Below are positions 14,801-25,310 of a stretch of 64,000 nt of DNA, one piece after another. The position numbers were made by a program, and so were the translations under genes. The notes under the pieces were generated by a model. That model saw nothing but the letters and a program-made list of their open reading frames with translations. It had not been told where the DNA came from and made no database searches. The stretch spans positions 17,546,001 to 17,610,000 of the forward strand of contig OX442314.1 in NCBI GenBank assembly GCA_949358305.1, given 5' to 3'. This stretch comes from Strigamia acuminata (taxonomy: Eukaryota). The first letter of the stretch is position 1, and every line of letters starts with the position of its first letter.

Positions 14801-17800
14801 CTCAAAGCTCACTTGTGGCCAAGTGACCGCTCGCATTTCATTCACAGATGCATGACTGCACAAACAAATCTACAATGCTGCAATCAATAGTTGCAAACCA
14901 TTTATTTGCATGTCGCTACGAATTGGCAATTTCATTTTCTGAAATTGCCTGTGCAAATCCTGCGCAGGTGCAGAAAAAGAGCTTTTACGGTACTTGAATA
15001 GTGACCCGTACGAACACGAACAGAGCAGTGAGTCTCAACCTTAATACGAATAAAGCTCGCAGCAATTCATCGATGTGACGTGCTGGCTTTTCTACCCAGT
15101 TTAGTAATTTAATTTAAGATATCACCCAAGAAGAGTAATATTGAACGTTAAGTTAATTCGGGGTCTTCGAATTAATCTTGGTGTTTCACCATACTCCCCC
15201 CCGGGCAATTACCATGGGAAAATCTCGAGGATTTACTCGCAACAGTTTGACTGGCTGGAATTTTGCTCAAATTTCTCGAATAACATTTCCCAACTTTAAG
15301 CCAATGCGAGGGAGTGAGATTAGACGTGAATAATGCAGCGACGTTTTGCTGAAGAGAAAGTAATAAAGTCACTTGGCTGTCAATAGAAGCGAGAGAAAAA
15401 ATAAACTGGAAATGTTTTGGCTGCACGAGGAATGTTCATTCCGAGGTCCGCCTCCACGAACACAAAAGGAGACCCCTGGTAGCAAGTGTGCTCATTAATC
15501 ACGTCTTTCTCTTTCCTTCAAGACAAGTTGCAGTTTGCACGCCCACAGTTAAACCGCGTACGTAGAAAGGTTTTCCACTCCCTTCACTCTCGCCAACCGT
15601 CCTTAATTCTATACTGAATCAACAGGGGATGAGACCGGATAAGCTGCAGAAAGTAGAGTTCTCTTGTTGCTTCACCACAAGACGCAAATGGCCGCACACA
15701 TCAATTCTTTATGAGGTGACGCCATTACTCTTTCATGAGGGTAAATTAAGGTTGAACCGTCAATAGAATTTACATCATTTATTTCAATTGATGGATTCCG
15801 AGGGTCCCTTGACCAATGCGATAGGCAATGAGGAGCACCGAGAGAAAAACAAACAGAAACGTGCTGGTAATAAAAAGTGCGCGAGTTTGCCTCCGAATGT
15901 ATAATTAATTTAACTCGCAAGAAAATATTTATATTTTCTGTGCATTTCCTAGCAAGGTTTTTCGAAGTTTATGGAGAAAGGAGAAATTTATTTTCTGAGG
16001 AAGAGAGAAAATTGGTAACTTTATACGTTCGCACGATCACACGTCGGTCTTATATCGAATAGAATTCGTTTTATCAAAAAATTTACTGCTGGGTTTATTG
16101 CGCTGCTTTCCGAGCTTTGATACTTTGCTGTTGATACAGTTTCTTCTTCTGCTTTAACTAAAAGCAATAGACTTGTAACATTTGTTGGAACCACAACGGC
16201 GCACCTGTTTTAGTGTAACCCTCTTTTAGTATGACCCCTGACTTTTGATACCTACCCCTTATTAGGAGATAGAAAGTAGAAACCCCGCTTTCCATCCTTT
16301 TTAAAAATAAATAAAAATAAAAAGAGGTTTATTTTGTAAATTTTTTGCCTAAATGGTCCATTTTCCACACTTTTTTTTCTAAAATTTGTTATTTTATATA
16401 TTTTATTTTTTTAGAAAGTTTATTTTTCAAATGAGTGGATTCAACACCTAAAAAGTGAATTTTTAATTATATAGGGGCTCCAGACAATATTAATACACCA
16501 CTACGATAACACATAATTAAAGTAAGTATGTTGTAGCATTTTACTAATTACTAAAAGTAAAACAAATTTTGTTCTCATCACCGCTTTACACTATCAAGCG
16601 GCAATTATTCGATTTTTTTTATAAAGGTCAACAGTAAAGGTTGGAATAAACCAAGCAAACCGTTGTCGTAAATTCTTGCTAAATGTTTTGGAATAGCAAA
16701 GATAATGAGATTCCATTATTATAATGCAAAGTTGACCTTCTAGTGACAAAAAGTAATTACAAACCGATTAAATAGCGCAAAATTGCATCCTTCACGTCAC
16801 CAACATACAATAACATTAAAGTTTCTTCTTATTCTCCATATTTTTAATATTTCTCTAATCTTGTTTACCGCTTACGCTCATATCGCGACTTCATTGCACA
16901 GTCTTTTTTATCGGCTTGCATTTTCTTTAAATTCGCGGCCCTGCTAATTGCACTCAGCATTCGCGGCAAATAATAAAAGGATTGCGCATGCTTTTCATTC
17001 GCAGAGGGAGAGATTTCAATTTTTAAACACGCACACACACTGCTTTCCAATTTAACACGCACACACACACAAATGAAAATATTTTTTCATGTTGGCAATT
17101 TCATTATTCTTTTCTTGTTTTCATACTCGAGGTGATCAAGAAAGTTTACGCGTGAAAGTACAAGCGGGATGACATTCCATGATAGCATAGTTTCATCTCA
17201 AATCATGTCAATTCTCTTCACTTGTGTTATAAGCTACGACATCAATTAGTAACTGTATATTCTCATTAGACGAAATAAAAGGAAAGGTACTAATGAAACG
17301 CAGGTGACTCGCATTCCGATCGTTCTATGCGTAGATAAGTCTAATTAAGCGAGTCAATTGATTTTTCCAGAGGTACACCGTTTGCTTCATGCCATTCTAT
17401 TCATAAAATGTAAATTCAATTGGGAGTCGGTCATGTGTAAGGTCGAAAGAACAAAGCCCAAGTTTCTTTTATCCAGTCATCATTTTTTTGTTGCTGCAAT
17501 TCCCAATTAGGGAATTCCCATGCCAATATTATTTCAAGGTGAAAACAATGTGTTCACGACTATTTTGTAGTCATGACTGCCAATACCGTATTTGGGATAA
17601 TTTGATTTTTTTTATAAATGAATGCAGATTTTATGCCACGTGGTAACCGCTTCATCGAGAATGTTTTCAATATTTATAATACAAGAAGGCGCTTTGATTT
17701 TTTTTTGCATTTCCTCAAGGAATATTCCCACCACTAACGGATTTTCATCTTATTTTTTTTTTAATTTTGAAGGAAATTGGCGTTAAATGGTCGAATAATG

Positions 17801-17830
17801 TCAGTAAAACTGATATATAGTCTCTATATA

Positions 17831-19049
17831 CAGGGTGGAACAAAAGTCTGTTCCCCTCAAATATTTCCTGAGCAATTGCATCTAGGCCAACTTTGATGAA
17901 GCGATCGTATAGGAAGTTGGGTGAGAGCAATCCAATGATGTCATCAAATTTGACCTTGAAGGCCATTTTCAAGGTTATTCACTTGCTAACTTCTAAACCA
18001 ATCAGGTTAGAGCAAAAAAGTCAATTACAAAGTTGTAGAGCACCATCAAATTAGTACTATCCAACTTATCTTAGTCATCTTAAGTTAAATGTTTTCTTTT
18101 TAAAAAGGAGACAAATCAGAAAAAAAATCAGCAAAGTGAAATTTTTTAACCCTCGGAGGCATAAGGATAAAATGTGCCGTTCTGGTTTAAGCCATTATGG
18201 ATTTATGGACAATTTTTAAGTCAATTGGTTAAAGCGCCATTTAGTTTGTTTTTAGTTCGGAACTATTTTTATTGAGGACGTAATGCCTAAACAATAAAAA
18301 TAAATAGATTTGAGCCATCTGGAGGTGGTTTTAATCACTACTGGTAAATGCGAAAAGCTGTTCACTGAAGCGCTGTTTACAAATACAGCAAAGCCAGCTT
18401 AAAAGTTATGCTGGAGTTTTAAGAAGCAGAAAATTTTCAAGTTGAATATTTAATTAAATAAATGATGAATTATTACAAATTTCACCTGAGATTTACTTTG
18501 TTATCAGATGAACAAAGTCACAAATTTCAGCAAAAAAATTCATAGGAAAAAAAATTTTTCTATTCAAGAAAAAGCTTGTCCATAAATCCATATAGCCAAG
18601 GGTTAATCATGTGATAAAGTAATTATTGAGGCATTAAAAAAAGGCAGTGGTTTTTCTTGTTTACTTGCATAATGATGCACATTTGAATACGTTTATTTAA
18701 GTAATTCAGTATTTTTGTGATAGAAATTTAAGTTTTGTCACAATGGCTGGCTTTATTTCAGCTGATTTGTCTCCTTTTTAAAAGGAAAACATTTAACTTA
18801 AGATCACTAAAATAAGGAGGATAGTACTAATTTGATGGTGCTCTACAACTTTGTAATTGACTTTTTTGCTCTAACCTGATTGGTTTAGAAGTTAGCAAGT
18901 GAATAACCTTGAAAATGGCTGTCAAGGTCAAATTTGATGACATCATTGGATTGCTCTCACCCAACTTCCTATACAATCGCTTCATCAAAGTTGCCTAGAT
19001 GCAATTGCTCAGGAAATATTTGAGAGGAACAGACTTTTGTTCCACCCTG
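17831..19049. mobile_element. Non-autonomous Tc1/mariner-type element with ~290-bp terminal inverted repeats
   Basis: Ends are TA|CAGGGTGGAACAAAAGTCTG... and ...CAGACTTTTGTTCCACCCTG|TA. Near-identical TIRs at 17831-18119 and 18762-19049, TA target duplication, no transposase ORF. Confidence 0.9.
18150..18602. mobile_element. piggyBac-type MITE nested in the mariner-type element
   Basis: TTAA|CCCT...AGGG|TTAA ends and a subterminal inverted repeat TATGGATTTATGGACAA / TTGTCCATAAATCCATA. Confidence 0.65.
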
Positions 19050-22000
19050 TATATACTACTTTATAAATAAATACATAATTTAACGAAAAAAAGAAATACT
19101 TTCATTATAAATCTGCGTTTTGAAATGAAAATATAAAAATCATTTTTGGCAGGGCTTTCTGTACAATACTGGAAGTTATGTGTAAAAAAAATACAATAAA
19201 GCTTTCAAAGTGAAAATTTATACTTATAATCTGATGATACCACGTTTTGAAGTAAAAAATAAATAAATTCTAAACAAAAATTTATCCAGAAATATATTTT
19301 AACTCACAAACAGGCCATCAAGTGCTTAGAAATTTTACTAAAGTGTAATCCACACGTAATCCACAAGTTATTATCATAAATCATTTTTTAATGCAAATTG
19401 ATGTGCGAAAAAAATGTTTCTACGCACATAGCAACAGCCTATCAAATATCAATAATACTGAGTTTGTGTGCCGTAACTTGAAAACTGACCTCAATGTTTT
19501 TGTTTACACTTTCATCAAATGTTTTTCCTGATGATAATTAAAAAAATATATTAGTTGGCTGTGCAGAGTATCAGGCAGGATGGTTGGTTGTATTGTTGCC
19601 ATAGGAATGATTCATTCATTACTACAAATGGAAAATCAGGAAAAGGGCAACCCATTCAAATCTGAAATTTCATACGAATCGATGGTTTTTTCATCGCGCT
19701 ATTTCTTTTTTAATTAAATGTACTTGAAAAAAAATCCCAACTCAAAATCCTCTTATTTCCCAATTTCTTTTTTTTTTCTCAAAATCTCCGCACAATGTCG
19801 AGCTTCGCTGTTGAACAAAAGCAGCATTACAAGAGCTAAAACCCGAACTAAGTTTTATACGAAATAAAATGAAGATTTTGTCTTCACATAGAAAAATGGA
19901 ATAAAAAACTAAAGTGCAGTTCCAAAACTTGTTGAGGTTAATTTTTTCGTTCGTGATGTGACACACTCTTTCGACAAAGACGTTTTTGCAACGCCGTTAT
20001 TTCCGTTCCAATGATCAAAGACCACGTGATCTTATTTCCTGCGGCCAAAGGAAAGGGAATGGAAGGCAAGAGGAGACCTAAAAAAGTCCATTTCATTTAT
20101 TGGGACCTATTTTTCTGCAGTTGTAAACGTTGAAATGCACTAAAGTTCAAAATAAAAGAAATGGTGGCTTCAAATGATACTTGTTATAAACGAATAAAAA
20201 AAAAATAAAGAAAAACTTTTTGGAGTCAAATTATACATGATTTGACTTATTTTTGATTAATTAGTTGGAAAATCCTCATTGGAATAACAATAAACTCGAA
20301 TATTAACGAAGCATTTATTATTCCTATTTACTTTTAGGAAAATAAACAGTTCTTATTCTTATTCTTATTATTCGCTGTGTGTGTTTTCGGAATAAGTCAC
20401 GTTCGGTCGATGAACGAATATGATGTATATTATAAATCCGTCAACGAGAAAATGAGTTTTTTTTTTAAATCATTCTAATCTCACAATAGGCCAATAAATG
20501 GCGCCCGTTTAACGAAAGAAAAATTGCATTCGGGTAGATAAAAAACGAGCAGTAAATTTAGTTATGGCGCATCGTTAAATTTCAGTCAAAATAATTGAAC
20601 GTCAGCGTTAGAAACATTTTACGATTTTTATTGCAGCATTCTTTTAAGGAGTGCATTCTCCATGGCAAATGTCATTTATTCCATGTGGCAGGTCAACTTC
20701 ACATCTGTTACAACAAATGCTGTGCAAAAACTTCTCAAATTAGAATTTTAAATTTTCGTGTCTGCATGATTCACTAAACTTTTCTAACCAATATGTAAAT
20801 TAATAATAAAAAATAATAATTTAAAATAATATTTTTTTTTTACTTTTTCAATAAACGATGGAAACGTGTCTGTCGCAAGTTTAAACCTAATTTTAAAATG
20901 AAAAAATGTCCTTATCCGAGTTTTATATTAAATAAACTTTTATTTTTATGCATGAGTTGGTAGCTAAAACTCTTCATACCATCAGGGGTTAAAACATGGC
21001 ACTTGGAAACAAAATTAATGAATAAGTATATGCGCCTGTCCAACTTTCTAACCTTTTCAGCATTTATTAAGTTAACCCTTTAATCTCCTTGCTAAGTTTA
21101 AAACGAAGAAACTACACTTAGTTTACTAGAGTCATTTCGCCCACCCGCGTATAAAACGGACCTGTAATACGGTTGGAAAGAGAATTTTATGAGCCACAAC
21201 TTGTTATCGCTACCCTTTCTTTCAATGGACAGGGAATTCTTTTCTCAAAGTGACAGGAAAGGTGGAGTGTGGAATTTCGGTCCTGGTGCTAAATGTTATT
21301 ACAGCGTAATAACATGCAACCGCTACAACCAAGTAGAACTAAAAAAGTAAAACGCCTAAGAATGTTTCTTCAAGTACAATGTGATTAATTTGCTAAAATG
21401 AATGCGGTCAGAACTAATTATGGCTTCACACTTCGCTTTCTTTCAATTTGTAAAAAAAAAAAAAAAAAAAAAAAGCTGCGCAACAAAATTAATGAGAAAA
21501 GTAATGAAAAGAAAACACTTTTTCCTAGCAATTTTTTATTATTATTGAAGACTAAAGTAACATGTTTTAATGGTTTTTTCAGATTAAGTCATACATAACG
21601 TCAGATGAATATTTGGCTGTTGACTTATTTCAAGAATTTGTAATAAAAAAATTGTTTGAATAACTCAAATAACTTACGTAACACTTGACAATCGATTGGG
21701 CAATCGAAATTGCAAGGATTTTCAACTAGATTTAGCTAAATTTTAAAATCTTTGTCAAAATGTTTGTAGATATTTTTTAAATTGATTTATGTAAAAACAA
21801 TTATGTTCATTTGCATTCGATCGAAGGAATGTGGGTGTTAGAGATTGTTTCTAACACAAAAATATTGAATTATTGGGTACTTTATTTTGTTTTTCCTCTA
21901 AAATAATTCTTTACTTCTCTCCGTCTTTGCATTTATCGGAAAGTTGGCAGATATTGAACGCACTGTATCAGAATGCATTGATCGGATGCGTACCGAAGCA

Positions 22001-22389
22001 AATTTACATTTGCACAGTTTAAATAAGATAAAGTATACTTACACGGCAATTAAAGTGGTGATTAGGAATACTGGTGGTCCTACTGCACAACTGCTGGTGA
22101 TGGGTAGAAGAAAGCATCAACTCTCCAGACGAACCAAACTCCCACGTGAAGTAGAGGTACGTGCCAGGCCTTATAGTGTTGACGTCAAGCTTCACGGGCG
22201 CCATCTGTGGAAAGGATTACAAACTGCTTTCAAGCTAATTTTTTTTTCGAACGTATTTTATTTTTTATTTTTTATTTCTTTAGCAATTGGAAAAAATTCG
22301 TTTTCAATTGTTTTTCTTTTTTTGTGTTGCAGTCATGCTTCCGACATCATGACAGGTCAATTTGGCGAAGACATTCTGTGAGTAGGAAA

Positions 22390-22785
22390 CTATCTGCCAT
22401 CGAAAACTAAAATAAGTTTTCATTTAAAGTTTTAAAAAATATATTTTTTTCTATTAAATATTAGAATTAGAATTTTAAAATGTTTTTGTTTATGTGTTTG
22501 AAAATGTGCATACAACTTATATTTACATTTAGCGAGCACCTCTTGGGGTTTGATTTTTTATTTTATCTTTCTCTAAAGCAATATCTGCCATTAAAAGTTG
22601 ATTTAGCTTTATAGACAGATAAGACAAAACCCCCAATCTGCACTCTAAATGTAAATATTTACTTTGTCTATAATTTTAAGTTGTTTGCACATTTGCAAAC
22701 AAGAACATTTTAAAATTTTAATTCTAATACCAATATCTAGTAAATAAATAAATAAAATAATAAAACTTTAACTGACAGCAGATGA
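22390..22785. repeat. Degenerate foldback (inverted-repeat) element / old MITE
   Basis: TATTAGAATTAGAATTTTAAAATGTT...AATGTGCATACAACTTA...TATTTACATTTAG..TTGGGGTTT is mirrored, with mismatches and indels, by its reverse complement at ~22620-22730. Confidence 0.55.
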
Positions 22786-23904
22786 TACTGTCAATAGTAA
22801 CTTGCTACTAGCACATAACAGTTTCAACTGACTGCTGGATTGAAATTGGCTAGTAATAGTTGCTGTGGAATATCCACTCCGACTTTGGCAACATCTAGCG
22901 GTATTTTCTATATTCAAAGCGATTATGTCGTAAAATGGTTTCTAAGAGTTACGAGTGATTGAGGCTAACGCATTAACTCTAATGACATTTGAAGAAGTGA
23001 TAGTGATGAGTGTGGAAGTACAAGAATAATTGCAGATTATTACGTATGTTCAATTCCACCTTCAATAAAAAAAATAATTATAATAAAATCATCTTTTACT
23101 TCTACTCGAATAATCGTCTTTTTATTATTATTTCTTCCGAAAAAAGTAATTAAAATACAGGGCAAGTTTTGAAAATTAATTCAAATCCTTTTAATGTAAT
23201 GAGAATTTGACTAACAGAAAGAAAACAATTTGATGCATTAAACTAATCACTTTTACAAGTATGGTGATAGCATAAAAATTTCATAACTTGTGACAACTTT
23301 ATTTCCATTCTGATAAATTTAAGTGTTTTAAGGACCAGAGTCACTTCAAAAACTTGTTAATATACAGTTTATATTGCTAAAGCCCTTGGTAATAAAATTA
23401 CCAATTTAAAAATGTTTTTATCTTAGATACTCCGTAATTTATTTACGTTTTTTTAGGTCTTCACAACTGGTTTGCAACACGTGTAACGAATCGTGTTTAC
23501 TAAAAAGCTCAGCCTGGTGCTTTTCTGCATTACGGGACAACGGTAGATAAATTTTTGTTACTGCAAACAGCAGTTATTTTTCGGTGTGGAGAAAAATAAA
23601 AGTTTCACGTGTGTAATTTATAATTACCATAAACTTGATTAGTAATTTTTTTTTTTTTTTAATAATTGTTGCATTTCTCTTGTCTTGTTTCAATATATAT
23701 GTTCTCAAGCGAGTATTAAAATTAATGACCACTTTTATTTTGTAAAGAATCACCTAACATCAACGTTAATTGAAATAAATGATTTCAGAATACTGATGTA
23801 GCTGTGCAACACATACATAATTGGTTTGCAGCAATAAACAAAACATGTTACAATTTATTTGAAATTTTAAAATTTAATTTTTTTTATTTTAAGAAATTCT
23901 TATT

Positions 23905-24432
23905 AGTTTATAACGCTGTCGTTACAAACAATGCATGTGTTGAACACGCACTCGCAGGTTCGCGGATATTTCTTCAAAACGAATGACCTTCAACGTGGGT
24001 GTCGGTCATTTAGAAATCTCCAATTCCGTTGAAATTTATTGCGACTCGATTCGTGTTATCGAAATGTGTTTAGGACGAAATAAATCGACTAAATCCAGAT
24101 AATTCGGTAGCTCAAATGGGGGCTTCGAATGTCACCGGGTGGATAAAAAGGTGGGAGTTAGAACGAGCACGGTTAGAAAATTAGATGCGAAAATAAAGTT
24201 GACTTGTGGTCCAAATTGTAGTTGGTCGCGAAGTGTCGGAATATCGACACGTCGCGATATTTATAACAATCGGTCAGCTGATCGATTGATCAGCTGATCG
24301 ATTGTCACATGACCCAAATTAACAAATGAGGTTAAAATGAAAACCGCGACAAGGTCGCGCGCATAAATTAAGAATGAGAACAGGTGAGGAATAAAATTGA
24401 AATTTAGGAATTGGGAAAGCTCACCCGTGACA
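23905..24432 (-). repeat. 3' LTR (528 bp)
   Basis: Identical by eye to 35887-36414. Element sense reads TGTCACGGG...GTTATAAACT, with TATAAAT at ~24259-24265 and AATAAA at 24035-24040. Confidence 0.97.
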
Positions 24433-24445
24433 TCCTCCGCCACCC
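24433..24445 (-). promoter_or_regulatory. Polypurine tract (plus-strand primer)
   Basis: Purine-rich GGGTGGCGGAGGA immediately 5' of the 3' LTR. Confidence 0.85.
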
Positions 24446-25310
24446 AGACTTTTATTGCATCGTGAACAAAAGAGTGGGTGATCCAAAGGATCGCAAAAAA
24501 TATAACATCAACATAAAAACAACATTTGATAAAATTAACAAAGGTACCATGGTACTTAAGAAAAAATGATTAACAATCAATGAGATCAGATACAGTAGCG
24601 ATGATTTTCGCGGATGGAATTCAAAATAAAATAAAAGTGATGTAACGTTGCGAAACCCTTCGCGAAAATTAAACAATTATCAAATGAAGGGGTCATATCA
24701 CGGATTAGAATCATCAACACTTCCCGTGTCGGTATCAAAAGGTAATAAAATAATAATATCACATGGAATAAAAGTCTGGAAATAAAATATTAATTAGACT
24801 AGATTAATGATTCAAAATTTTCAATAAAATAACAACACTGGACATTAAAATATGAAGAGAAATAAAAAACACTTTGATTAAACTTATAAAATGATGATTT
24901 GGCACTTCGAAAATGTGAGTTCACATTGGAGGATCGCGAATATTTCGCGAATTTCACACAATACCACATTGGTATCATAAATGTCCACATGTAAAATAAA
25001 ATAGTTCCAATTTCACACGAAGTTCGTCACCATGGTGATGTTAAATGTTCACAATAGTCTTTCTATCGCGATGTTATGCGAGTGTAAAAACAAAAGTAAA
25101 TGAAGACAGAAGACAGGACAGATTACATAATTCAAATAACGGAATATGAAAGAAGAAAATAAATGAAACACTTCGCGAAAATAAACACATTTAAACACGG
25201 CACTACACTAAACAAAAATCACTTTTGGGGAGTATTCCCATTCTGCCGGAAGGTCGCACTTTGGCCTGACCGAGGGTTTCCCTTCTCGACACCATCCGGC
25301 AGATGAAAAC

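Noticed and set aside
21452..21474. Long poly(A) run as a possible retrocopy tail
   Set aside because: No associated element body or TSD; homopolymers are common in this window.
21944..22410. 145-aa and neighbouring short ORFs
   Set aside because: TTG start, low-complexity F-rich tail and no recognisable domain; an unrecognised UTR exon cannot be excluded.
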